Assembly (NCBI GenBank): GCA_040285825.1
Contig: JAUPSS010000001.1
Coordinates: 2,418,001 to 2,482,000, forward strand
Direction: 5' to 3'
Length of the DNA stretch: 64,000 bases
DNA from: Eukaryota sp. TZLM1-RC
Lineage: Eukaryota > Protista > Metamonada: BaSk clade
The notes below the pieces were generated by a model. The model was not told the origin of the DNA. It saw only the letters and a program-made list of their open reading frames with translations, and did not search any database. The first letter of the stretch is position 1. The number at the start of each line of letters is the position of its first letter. Shown piece after piece: positions 1 through 11,650 of the stretch. The position numbers and the translations under genes were made by a program.

Positions 1-3000
1 TAAAGTTTCATGTTCCAATTACCATGTTGGATCACGTCGTTAAGATTATGAGTAGAAGAGTCAACAAATTCACAGACATGCATTTTGGGTAAGTCAGTGG
101 AGAGGATAAAGAAAAAGGCCATACAGTTACGATCAATATGGTCTCTGTGGACGGAGTTAGTTATTGGTTCAAAATGAGAAAAGTGTTTTAAGGCGTTAAT
201 CTCGGCAAATGCGGATTTGGGATGTCTTAAAGCAGAAGGGTGAATTACTTTAGCAGCGTCTTCATATGAGAGGTTATACCATGTTATTGGACCCAATTCT
301 AAATCGGCTAAGTTAAGGTAGTTGAACAAACTGGAGAGGGAGTTTCCATGAACAGAGTTGGGGCGGAGCAGAGAACAGCATTTTTCGATAGCATTTTCAG
401 TACGAGCAGTATTATTTCTGGTCTTTCTTTCTTTCTTTCCGGGGTTTTCCCTAGGAGAGTCCAGGTTAGTACGAGATAAGTAATCAGCCCAAAAATTTTT
501 GGGGCCCTCGATGTGTACTATGTCCAATTCGAAAGTTTGAAGGACGGGAATCCAGCGTAAGACTACGCGATTTTCATCGAGACAAGACAAGAGATAAGAT
601 AAGTTTTATGATCGCAGAATATTGTGAGGTGTTTAGTCATTAGAAAGGAGGAAAGGTTAGGCTGGTTTAGGGTCATCACTATGGCAAAGAATTCTTTTTG
701 CATAGTGGACCAGTTCCGTTGGGAGGCAGTTAAGATCCGAGAGTAAAAAGATACGGGTGCTATCTTGCGTTTGGATTGGCAAGTTACAGGTGGTGAAGGT
801 TCAAGTTCCTTCCAAATGATACCGGCGATGGCTTTATCAGAGGCGTCTGTTGAGATCAGGATTGTAGATTTAGCGTCAGGTAATGCAAGAGGAGTACTAT
901 CAATTAACATAGTTTTAATGTTTTCAAAACATTTGATTTCTGTTTCACTCAGTTTAATTTTCTTTGGTTTCTTTTGTAGAAGAGCAGTCAGGGGAGCAAA
1001 TTCAGCACTGACGGAAGGTAGTCAGTCGCGAATAAAGTAAATCGAACCTACGAAAGAACGTAGTTCAGGAACAGAAGTTGGAGGAGAAAGCTTGCTCAAG
1101 GTCTCGATTCTAGAAGGACATATTTTTCGAGTTCCATTCTCGAAAATGTTTGCTAAAACTTTGATGGGGTGGTCTTTAGTTTAAAAGGCGCATTTGTGGA
1201 GTCCTATGCGCACACGGTACTTTTGAGCTAATACGCAAAGTTTGTCGAGTCTAGCAAGAAATTCAGGTTTAGAGTTAGCGGCAAGGATTAAATCATCCAT
1301 GTAAATAAATATTCCATCTAAGTTGAATATTCTTTTCATCAGATTTTGAAAAATCGCAGGGACATTCTTAAGTCCAAAGGAGGCGCGAGTGAACATCACT
1401 TTTCTTCCAGGTATTGAGATAGCGGTCTTTGGTTGATCGTCGGGATGAAGGTTAAGTTGCCAAAAGTCTTTGGGTAAGTCCAGGGAAGCGATGTAAGTTG
1501 CGTTTGAAAGAAATCTACAAACATCAGAGATTCTAGGGAGATCAGCGGGTATAGGTACGGTTTTGGCATTGATTCCGTCTGAGCCAGAGTAATCGCCAGT
1601 GAGTCTGGGTGGTTTTCCTGGGACTTATACCAAACAGATGGGAGAAGAGAACGGTCCATTGTAAGGGACAGCGAATCCATGTTCAATAAGTAAGTCGATC
1701 TGTTCGTTAGCGATGCGAAGCTTGTCGGGAGGTAGGTAGCGGGCTTTCTTCGAGACAATTTCAGATTCGTCATAGAACTCAATAGTCATTGGGGGGCAAT
1801 CAATCCCACGGGAGTCAGGACGTTTAGAAAAGATTTGAGGATACTTTAGAAGGAGGTCTTTAATATTTTGAGTTAAAGATGAGTCGTTTAGTAGGAATTT
1901 AGCCTTGTCAAGGTCAGGCAGGGTTATAGCAGTGGATAAAGTCAAAGCAGGGGGCATGAATTGGTCGGGTACAGCGTTTTCGTCTTGAATAGATAAGTTT
2001 CTTTCTGTTAAGTTTATGAATAGGTAATTGTTGGTGAGTAATCCAAGTGATTTCAAAAAATCACAACCTATTAGGCAGGAATTAGGGCACTCAAGGACAG
2101 CTAAAGTAGTAGAGACATAAGTTAGTTTGGCAGTTCCACCAAGAGCGAAGGCAAGGGTTCCGGATACTACCTGGCATTCCACTGAGTTGTTATCAGCTAG
2201 GTTGAGTTTCAGAGAACTTCCAGTTGGTTTCAATCGAGCTACCTGTACAAGGTCTCGAGATATACAGGATATTGTTGACCAGTATCGATCATTCCATAAA
2301 TGATCTGATGTTTTCCAGCGTAAGTGTAAGAGTTTTCGGTCCATGGGTTTATTAAGTTCTTTAAGAAGAATGGTTATCTTTGGATTTAGAATAATGACGG
2401 AGGCGTGAGAAGGATCAGCGGGAAGGCAGGGATTAGTAGTTGTTGAAGGAACTTTATTATCGTGATGATTTAGATTACTTCTCTCAGTAACAGAGTTTCC
2501 AAGCTCAGTTACTCCACCGTCGTGCCGAGCACAGTCAGCGTACACCGGTTCCAAATCAGAGTCGAGGTCGGGATTAGCTTCCAGCGACAAGGATTTGTTG
2601 GATGAACCAGGAGCTTTTCCTGGCGGTACCAGAGAGGAGTTACGGTAGCGAGGCTGGGGGGTCGGATTTAATTTGTTGAGATACACGACAGTTGGGCTCA
2701 GGACAATCCTTGATCATATGACCAGGTTGTTTCCAGAAGCGACAGATGATGTCTTGAGAAGATTTAGAGGCAGACTTAATGGGTGTTCTTGAGGAAGTGG
2801 AAGGAGTTCGGGGATTATGAGGAGTTCTGAAGGAAGGATTACGCTTTTGCTTGGAATGAAACTGATTGGAGGAACGACGGGAAGAGAAACGAGAAGAAGG
2901 ACGAGAGTGATTACTTTGTTGGTCAATATTGCGAAGACCAGGTGCAGAAAAACGCTTGTGAAAGGAGTAAAATTCAGAGTAAGGCAAGTGGTATCTGGGT

Positions 3001-3903
3001 AGCAGTTTTTTAAGGCGGAGGACCAGTTCAGGTAAGTCTTCGATATCTTTATTACGCATATCATGCTTCAAAATGCGTTTTACAGCGTCAGGACGAATTC
3101 CATTAATAAAGAAGTGGAGTTTGGATTTTGCATCGGTAAGGTAAGGAGCTAGACGGAGAATCTTCAGGAAGGCAGTAGTGTAAGCAGCTATAGCTTCAGG
3201 AGCGGAGGACGAGTTCAGGTTTAGACGAAGGCGCTCAAGTTGAAGATCGACTTCTGAGGTGTCTTCAACCTCACAACAGGATATAAGGTAGCGAGCAATG
3301 GAGTCAGTATCTTTAGAATCCATATTCTCCATAACCATAAAGGTTTCAAGGACTTCTGGGAAAATAGTATGAGGTAAATGTGGGGAGATGAGAGCAGCCA
3401 TTGTAATCAAGGTAAGAAAAGGAACGGAGACCAGTGAAATTGTAAATGTTGGTCTTGTAACTAACGGACTCGGTAGGAGAAGCTTGGAGTTCAGCAGTCG
3501 CTTCTTCGTCTTTTTTATCAGAAAGGTTCTAATGGACTTGATCAGGGTCATTTTCCTCTTGAGCAGAGGTCTGAGGCACAGTTGTTGTAGGGTTAGCGTG
3601 AGACCGGATGCTTATGCTTCTACGGTCGTCAGCTTTAGGTTTGCACTGGTCGGCAGGGATTTCAGCGTTCTCAGATTCAGCGGAAAGGGGACGGGAACGG
3701 GAACAGGAACTAGCATGGGAGGCCATGCGGACGGCATAGACCCTAAGCTCCTCAACAAACCGGGAGACAGCTTCTCGACTGGAGGCACGGAGGAAGGGAG
3801 CAACTAGGGTGAGATGATCCTTGGGATCAACAGTAATTACTGTTGGGTTATGTGCACTAAAGAATAGCATAACAAACGAGGACAGATGTTTATCTATGCA
3901 ACA
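1..3903 (-). mobile_element. Degenerate Ty3/Gypsy-type LTR retrotransposon (gag-PR-RT-RNaseH); continues beyond window start
   Basis: Frameshifted minus-strand ORFs in Gypsy order: gag 3870-2640 with decayed knuckle CRFWKQPGHMIKDC; protease-like region (CLIGCDFL); RT (FGLKNVPAIFQ, YMDD at 1181-1399); RNase H (TDASDKAIAG, FCDHK, NFWADYLSR). TGTTG...CAACA at 3841-3903 is a putative 5' LTR. Confidence 0.9.
3841..3903 (-). repeat. Putative very short or internally deleted 5' LTR (63 bp)
   Basis: Bounded by TGTTG and CAACA, immediately upstream of gag. The partner LTR would lie outside the window. Confidence 0.5.
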
Positions 3904-5121
3904 AGGAAAATCAAGGATAAAATTACAACAATCTAATTAAAGCAGTCACACTTCATCACTACAACTACAATGGCTAAGAGCCAAGACAATCCGTCTGAAT
4001 TCCAAGATATGACCCTTGCTGCTGTTGATCCAGGGAAATCTGATCTACTCTATTTTTCTGCCAATTTAGCTGTTGGAATGACTCATTCAAAAGAACCTGA
4101 GAGAGATACATACGTTCATTTCAGGTACACTGAAAATCAAAGAAGATTTGAGTCGAAAACTTCCAAATTCAAAAGAATAAGAGACAGCATACGTAATGAC
4201 ACTCTTATCACAATAAGTAACTCTACTGGTAGAGTGATTGATCTATCCAATTATGAACCATTTGAAGAGCAACAACAAAGGATGGATTTAAGTAGCAGTA
4301 TAATTAATCAAATGATTGAAAGAACAATTAGTTTATTAAGAGGAAAAGTACCTCAAGAAATCAATATTCCCCATGAAATTGATTACTCATTCAATTTGAG
4401 AAACAATGATCAAAAAAACTAAATCTGTAGCAGAATGGGAAGCAACTTTATCCCAATTCAATTCCAAAAGCTGCAGATTTAATGAATTTATGGAGTATAT
4501 TAAACAAAAGTATTTTGTGAATGGTATAGTCTATCATCAAAAAATATTTAGGAAACTAAGATGGTGGGCTGATTAATCGCACAAGATCTGAAGCGAAGAT
4601 GATCAAGAGATTCAAATCAGTAATTGGTGATCCCAGCCAAGTAGTTATCGGAATCAGAGACGGGAAACAACGAAAACACATGAAATTCAAAGAACCTACC
4701 AAAAGAAAAGGTTTGAGAATTTTATTCAAAAAGGCTGGTTATAAGGTCTTTTTGATTGATGAGTTTTAAACCAGTTGCTGTTGTTTCAACTGTAAGAAAA
4801 CGGAGAAAACAGTTGAGAGATTGCTATGGTGCAGAAATCCAAGGCCATGGAAGAGGCATGAGATGTCTATTCGTTACGGGCTTACCATGTGTAAATCATG
4901 TGAAACTTTGTGGAATAGAAATCGAAATGCTTCGCTGAATACGTTGACAGTGATGGAAGCACATGTAAAAGGTGAAGTTAGACCGGAATACCTGCACAGA
5001 GTCAAGGTTGACAAAGGTTTAAAGAAAAAGCTATCAATGGGAAAATCTTCCAAAAACTCAGTCCCTCTACATTGGTGTAAAAAGGACACTTATTTCATTG
5101 TTATAGACAATATCTGTTTCA
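3904..5121 (+). pseudogene. Fanzor1 (eukaryotic TnpB-family RNA-guided nuclease) pseudogene with 3' terminal region
   Basis: RuvC-I AVDPGKSDLL (Asp codon 4027), RKLRW, KFKEPTKRKGLR..FKKAGYKVFLIDEF*TSCCCFNC (RuvC-II + Zn ribbon), CKSCETLWNRNRNASLN (RuvC-III). Several stops and frameshifts; N-terminus cut off by the Gypsy element. Confidence 0.85.
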
Positions 5122-6749
5122 ATGACCCATTCTAAATCAGAATTGCTGGTTCCTGCAATAGGTCTCAGCAACAGCATCCTCGGTGCTGGTATTGTGTCAC
5201 TTCCTTTTGCTCTCTCTCGACTGGGTTATTTTTATGGAGGCTTCATATTCATAGTCATCTTCTTTTATTCACTAAAGAGTCTCGATTTCCTTACTCGAGC
5301 AGCTATTAAACGTCACAAGCTTTCATTCAAAACTCTTACAGAAGATCTTTTTGGTCGTTTAGCCGGTGTTTGGTCTTCCGTTGTTGTCGGTCTCTTCTCA
5401 TTTGGTATATTCGCTTGCCTCTGCTCATCCTAGCATTTCTCTGTGCTTATGTGTCTCTTCTCACTGACATTTCTCACGATTTTCTCGCCCCATTAGTTGA
5501 TGTTCCCCGTCCTGCTCTTGCCATATTTCTCTCATACACCATCCTCTTCCCTCTATGTCTCCTAAAGTCTCTCCATTCCCTCCGCTATGCCTCTGCCTCT
5601 ACTATATTGGTGATCACTTATCTCACCGTTACCGTCATTGTCTCTTCAATCACCCATTCTGGTCCTACTGCTGATGTTGTTGCCGGAAAGTTCGACAAAC
5701 CATCCCTATCAGCCCTCGGAACTGTTGGTTTTGCATTTTCCTGTCACTTCCTTACCCTTAACGTGTTTAGAGAGCTCCCACTTCCTTTTAGAAATCGTAA
5801 TGGAATGTTCATAGTCTCTATGACGGGAATGGGAATTGCTGCTGTTTTCTATTATATTGTTGCTTATGTCGGATATTTCACTTATGGATCGGAAGTAGAT
5901 CCTTCAATTCTCAACACCCTTCCTAGAGATTCATGGCTGGTCACCTCTGCAAAGTCGTTTATGGCAATTGTAATGATTTGTTCCTATCCAATCGTCTTTG
6001 CTGCTTGTCGTGAAGCTATTGTCGATCTAATTCTCCATTTTAAACATCCCGTTCAGCACTCGGACGTTCTTGAGGAAACTGTCGACAAGGAAGTCTTGGA
6101 ACTTCCAGAGATTCCTGATGACGCTGATGATGTAGTTGCCGACGAAGACAGGGACTATGGTATTCGCAGTAGAAATTCTGTTCTCAATTTCTCAAATATT
6201 CCTGAACTAGACCCAAGCGAACATTCTGAGAAGGAGGACATTGTACATGATTCTGATATGGTGAATGAAGACTCCATTCCACGCACTGAAAGTTCTTTAT
6301 TGCTATCTCATCCTACACTCAGACGATATTCATTCACACCAAGCCACTCCTACCAGAACTTAACCGACCTCTACAATGCTGATCCTGATGAGGTAGCGGT
6401 CATGTTAGATCACCAGGAAGAGGGAGATCACCATGAAGGAGAAGAAGGTCATGGAGAGGATGTGGACTCAGAAGAACCTGTTATTTTATTACCATTTAAG
6501 TTGTTAGCTTCTGTAGCTGCTGTTGTTATTGCGTTGTCAATCGTTGCTGCTTTGGCTTCCAGTTCTATTAGTTTCATCTTGGACCTGACTGGGTCTTTAT
6601 TAGGTGGTCTGATTGTCTTCATTTTGCCTGCACTTTGTTTAATTAAATCTCAAGCAGAAAGAACTGGTTTTGATGGTTTTGTTGCTTTTTCTAGTATTCT
6701 TTGTGGTGTTTTTATCACGATTGTTGGAACTTGGTCCTTATTCATGTGA
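5122..6749 (+). CDS. Amino-acid transporter (Aa_trans, SLC38/AVT family); intron 5405-5433
   Basis: NSILGAGIVSLPFA, FAFSCH and YFTYG motifs with many TM helices. The 29-nt GTATAT...CTCATCCTAG intron joins the two ORFs in frame. Confidence 0.9.
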
Positions 6750-7011
6750 ATATTTGGCATTTGTATTGGGTTTATCGATTTTAATGTTTATTATAAATTA
6801 TATCAGTATTTCTTTATTTCTTTAGTTTCTATGTTTTGTTGGGTAAAAATGCCAAACAAAAGTTGACTAAATGTATATTAACATTCTTTTCAATTTATTT
6901 GATTTAATACAATTTATTAACGATCTTAAAAAGATTTGAGATAAATTGCAAAAATAATTAAATACAAACCTGAATATAGAATTTCAAGAAAACAAAACAA
7001 ATTAATTCTGA

Positions 7012-10000
7012 TTAATCTTTATTTTCTTGGTTTAATTGTTCCTTTAAAATTTTATAACATATACTAAGCGCAAATGGAACACTCGAAGTGGGCTGCTCAT
7101 TCATTAATAACTGATAATGACGTACTAATTGAAGCAAATTCAAATCAGCAGTTGCAGTCTTTGATACTTGTTGTGCATAATAAGCAACGGAAACAGCTTC
7201 AATTACTACCCTCTTATCACAAACACTTTGAATTGAGGCTATTATAGAATTGACAACTTCATTCAGATAATTTTTGCATTTGGACTTAATTAAAGAAAAC
7301 TTTGAGCAGCTAGCCAAGGCAGTAATCGCTCTGTAATTCTTAGTAAACGTAAAACCATCAAAAAGTAAATTGTCAAATGAAAACTCTGAAAAGAAAATAT
7401 TACTCCGAGTAGCACGTGGTTCCACATCAGCAACAGTCGAGAAGAGATCACTCTCCGCAAATTTGAGTTGAGGAACAGTCTTCACATGATTTGTAACAGA
7501 AACAATTTTAGATAATAAATCACCAATTTCAACTACATTTGGGTTATCCAAACAAAGACAAATTCGAATTTTAAGTGCTGAAATTAATGAAGTTTGTTCT
7601 GGTATTCTAGAAAAAAGATCAAAAAGCTTGTCATTAGTGTAACTCGAACCCTTGATTGACAATAAAATATCCTTAAGAACATAGTAAGTTTCAAATGAAA
7701 AATCAGAAATTCTATCAAAATAGCAATCAAAATGATTGTCGAAAGAATTTGTGGACAATTTGAAATTCAATGTGGTAAAAAATACAACAAAATAAATACG
7801 ATCAAAATAAAGTCCAAAATTTTCAAATTGTTGGTCTTTTTTGATAGAGTCAAGGATGGTCAATATTGGATTAATTAAATACTCAAAAAAAGACATGAAA
7901 TTCATGTCGTGTATAGCTAAATAAGGAAACAGAGACATGACCTCAATCAAATTGATTGATTGTAAACGTGATTGATTGGACCAAAAGTCCGTCCATGGTA
8001 AACAATATGACCTTTTGTGCAGTGATGTGAACCAAAGAAAGCAAAATTGCACAGCATCGCTCAAAACAACTAAATCAAAGGGTTTGACTTTGGAAGACTC
8101 AATCAATTTGATTGAATTCACAATAAAGGTAAATAGAGTTTTTAACCCAAAATTAGCAGTAACAGTAAGTTGAAGATTGGTAAATGAAATTGGAGAAAAA
8201 TTCTTCATTCGGGCTCCCATGTAGAGTTGACTTCCAACGTCATTTAGCAATACTTCCATTGACCTTGACAGAATAGAGATCAGCTTAATCAAATTTGATT
8301 GATTGAGATCAAAAGCGCATGATTTGATTGCCAACATGATTGATTTATCAGTATCAGGTTCATTTAATGCAGCGGTGATGAAAGCGATGCTAAATATTTG
8401 AAACAAAACATCGACATTAGAAGAGTTCAAGGGGGGATCACTGACAGATCCTTCCAAATATTGCCTAAAAATTTGCTGACGAGACAAAATTGAACTGACC
8501 TCGGGAATATTTACTACAACTTTACTTACCAACTCCTTAAACACATCTGGTTTCATCATTCCTAATTTGTTTAATAGATTAGAATCGACATTGTGAATTT
8601 CAGTATTGGCTTCTTTAGCAGCATACATTATAAGTTTGGTTAATAACAGCAAATAGAGATCTGAATCTTTCATTTCAGCTTCTAATTCGAATTCTTCAGA
8701 ATAGATTGGGTTTTTGAAAACTTCAAAACTGGACAGAAATGATAAAAATAAAAGAGATTGTTTGGAAATGATGGAATTTCTGACAATAATTGATAATAAA
8801 ATATTGACAGATTTCTTGAAAATTTGAAATGTGAAATTTTCGTTTGACGAATTGGGATCATGATAACAAGTTAAAATCAAAGCTTCACAACAATAATCAA
8901 ATAATGATTGATCTATTTGATTGGAATTGAACAAATTTTGGATAATAATGTTGAGTAACGGAGCCAAAGAATTCGCAAAATTTGACTGATTGAGATGGCT
9001 CAGCTCAACAGAACCACAAAGAAAAGAAAGATGGGGAGTTAAGTTCTGTAAATGCTTAGACTTACTGTATAGATTTAGAGTCATTGATAGCAATTCTACA
9101 ACATGATTAGAAATAGAAGGTTGATTGATTGAAAAACCAGACAGAAACTCAATCAAAACAGATGGATCAATCATATTTGATTGAATTTGACTGGGTAATA
9201 TATCCTTTACTAATAAATTCAACAATTTTTCCGTATCAAACACAAAATAAAATAAAGAGATAAATATTGTAAATAATTTAATATCGAATCCATTCCTGTT
9301 GTACTGACTTAGCTTACAGACAACTGACATTGCAAAAGTTTCAATCGTTGATGTATTCGTCTCAAAAAAGAAGCTCAAAATGATTTGAAAGTCAACCATG
9401 GTCAAGCCTGAAAGTAAGGAAAAATGGGGACAAAAAGGGATCAATCTATCAGTCAAATTTTTAAAGAGAGAGGTAAATTCAAAATTTCGATGAACAACTG
9501 ATACTAATCCCAAAGAAATCAAAAGTCGTGATTGATCAACATAACGAATCAAATTTGATTGAATATTTGATTGAATCAATCTGACAATAGCTAATGGAAT
9601 ATTGATCAATGTTGGATTAATTTTACCGCATCCAATAAGAATTCTAAAACAAGTAAGGTCAGAAACAAAAAGACCAACTGTTGGAAACTTATTGACCAAT
9701 AGATCAAAAATAGATGAATTTTGAACTGACAGCTTACTTATTTGGTCAATAATATTATTTAAATCAGAATTACTTATAGTATTTTTTCTAGAAAAACATT
9801 CCAATAACAAAGAATCGAGAAAATGGCAGAGAGTAAAACCACAGCTTTGAAGGTCAAAACTTGCCAAATCTAGATCCGACAAGGTGAAATTTTTGAATGA
9901 CGTGTCAGTGGGAGCTGTACTTCCAAGATGGTTGAAAATTTTGGTAAAGATTTTGACAACTTCTTTATGAACAGAGTTTTTATCATTATCTGTTGGTTTT

Positions 10001-10566
10001 TTCTTCTTTAATTTTGACGGCTTTCTTGCCCTCCTTTTCCTAGTTGTTGACTGTGAAAGTGACTGGGAAACTGATTGACTTGCCGACTGGGATGATACGT
10101 CACCATCATCATCACCATTAATCAATTGCTCAGAAGTAACCAAACAATTCGCCGGATACCGTAACGAAAATTCCAAAAATGAACAACTATCATCAAAGGT
10201 GGCAACTGAAATAGCCGAGAGTTTGTGAGTTTCTATGTTCTTATTAACTATCATTCGCATTTGTTTCACCTTTGGTGAAAGATGTAAAGTCTTGAGGTAG
10301 TTGAGGAAGCGTGGAGGGCTGGTAGCAAAGGCATTGAGTAACTGTTGGCATGAATAAGAATCAGAAAGCAAGGTGTAAAGAAGGTAAACGTGAGAGATGA
10401 CTGTTCTATCTGGTGTATTGTCTACATGATAAAGGAAATCAGCTGCATTTGAAAGAAGTGAATGTATAATCAAACGAAAGTGTTTTGAACTAGAAGAAGA
10501 AGTCTGTAGTTCAGCAATGAGTTGTGAGAAGGCTGAGAGGAGCTCTTTTCTGTCAAGGTAGCTCAT
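7012..10566 (-). CDS. Hypothetical 1184-aa Leu/Ser/Phe-rich protein with basic NLS-like segment
   Basis: Long uninterrupted ORF with RKRRARKPSKLKKKK; no family recognised. Confidence 0.7.
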   Translation of the reverse strand: MSYLDRKELLSAFSQLIAELQTSSSSSKHFRLIIHSLLSNAADFLYHVDNTPDRTVISHVYLLYTLLSDSYSCQQLLNAFATSPPRFLNYLKTLHLSPKVKQMRMIVNKNIETHKLSAISVATFDDSCSFLEFSLRYPANCLVTSEQLINGDDDGDVSSQSASQSVSQSLSQSTTRKRRARKPSKLKKKKPTDNDKNSVHKEVVKIFTKIFNHLGSTAPTDTSFKNFTLSDLDLASFDLQSCGFTLCHFLDSLLLECFSRKNTISNSDLNNIIDQISKLSVQNSSIFDLLVNKFPTVGLFVSDLTCFRILIGCGKINPTLINIPLAIVRLIQSNIQSNLIRYVDQSRLLISLGLVSVVHRNFEFTSLFKNLTDRLIPFCPHFSLLSGLTMVDFQIILSFFFETNTSTIETFAMSVVCKLSQYNRNGFDIKLFTIFISLFYFVFDTEKLLNLLVKDILPSQIQSNMIDPSVLIEFLSGFSINQPSISNHVVELLSMTLNLYSKSKHLQNLTPHLSFLCGSVELSHLNQSNFANSLAPLLNIIIQNLFNSNQIDQSLFDYCCEALILTCYHDPNSSNENFTFQIFKKSVNILLSIIVRNSIISKQSLLFLSFLSSFEVFKNPIYSEEFELEAEMKDSDLYLLLLTKLIMYAAKEANTEIHNVDSNLLNKLGMMKPDVFKELVSKVVVNIPEVSSILSRQQIFRQYLEGSVSDPPLNSSNVDVLFQIFSIAFITAALNEPDTDKSIMLAIKSCAFDLNQSNLIKLISILSRSMEVLLNDVGSQLYMGARMKNFSPISFTNLQLTVTANFGLKTLFTFIVNSIKLIESSKVKPFDLVVLSDAVQFCFLWFTSLHKRSYCLPWTDFWSNQSRLQSINLIEVMSLFPYLAIHDMNFMSFFEYLINPILTILDSIKKDQQFENFGLYFDRIYFVVFFTTLNFKLSTNSFDNHFDCYFDRISDFSFETYYVLKDILLSIKGSSYTNDKLFDLFSRIPEQTSLISALKIRICLCLDNPNVVEIGDLLSKIVSVTNHVKTVPQLKFAESDLFSTVADVEPRATRSNIFFSEFSFDNLLFDGFTFTKNYRAITALASCSKFSLIKSKCKNYLNEVVNSIIASIQSVCDKRVVIEAVSVAYYAQQVSKTATADLNLLQLVRHYQLLMNEQPTSSVPFALSICYKILKEQLNQENKD

Positions 10567-11258
10567 GTCATTGAGTGATTAGTTGACTAGGAGCAAATGG
10601 TGTAACAAAATTGAGAATTAAACAATAATATTGAGGAAAATTCTTCTGGAAGAGGATTAAAATCACAGGGACTGAGAAGTAAAAATCGTTTAGTGAACAT
10701 TTTGACAAGTTTTTTATACCTGGAAAATTCACACTCTGACTAAATACACTATTAAATGCACCATAAATTGTATTGTTCATACAGTTAAACATACTTAAAA
10801 AGTTTATCCAAAACTACAACGAAGGACTAGTCAAACAAACAACAACATCACTAACAAACATCTGTGCGAGCTCTACCTCGAGGTCGCTTGAGAAAACGTA
10901 CTTCAATAGATAAAATAAAAGAAGTTCCTTGGGGCGTTCCAATTGTGGTACATCTATCCAGAGTCAAAATTCTGTATAAACTTATCAAAGTGACAAATCC
11001 ATGATAAAAAGAAAGTACGTCAGTGTTTGAACGATTTTTTAAAAATTCAAAATCAATCTATGTGTTCCTTTGTGGTAACAATTGATATCCAAATAGTGTG
11101 ATGAAGCCAACGTACAACACTGTATCGCATTGAGTCATAAAACTGTTGTCTCTGGGAAACAAGTGTTTCTTTCGAGATTAAAAGTGATACATTTTTTACT
11201 ACAAATCAGATGTTTGTCTAATCTCTGAAAGTAGAGACGTTAAATGTTATGCCCCAAT

Positions 11259-11331
11259 GACCCTGTGGCGTAATTGGAAGCGCGTTTGACTACGAATTAA
11301 AAGGTTGTGGGTTCGAGTCCTACCTGGGTCG
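11259..11331 (+). tRNA. tRNA-Arg(ACG)
   Basis: GACCCTG/CTGGGTC acceptor stem (one U-U), D-loop GG, anticodon arm TTTGA-CTACGAA-TTAAA, T arm GTGGG-TTCGAGT-CCTAC. Confidence 0.85.
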
Positions 11332-11382
11332 TAATCTTTATTACCTTTTAGGTTGAACCAAATTAAATTGAGTACATTTGAC

Positions 11383-11603
11383 ATTAGAGAAATAAGAATG
11401 AAAAGATTTGATAGTTTTTTATGGCGTTCTCGAATTCAAATTGCCCCTATTAATGGATTGCCTCGATTTTTCAATCGAATTAAAAAAGCTTTAGCAAAAC
11501 AGCAAGTAGATCAGGATTTTGTAGAGGAAATGTTGGTTCAATGAATTTAGTCCCATTAATTATGTGTTTACTTTGTTAAGTGTGCAGGTTCATTTAAATA
11601 AAT
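11383..11603 (+). mobile_element. 3' fragment of CRE-like non-LTR retrotransposon (family A)
   Basis: MKRFDSFLWRSRIQ...DFVEEMLVQ and 3' UTR match the end of 11651-13569. Confidence 0.85.
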
Positions 11604-11650
11604 TTGAGATTACCAAAATTATGCACACACAACATTTTTTTAATATTGAA

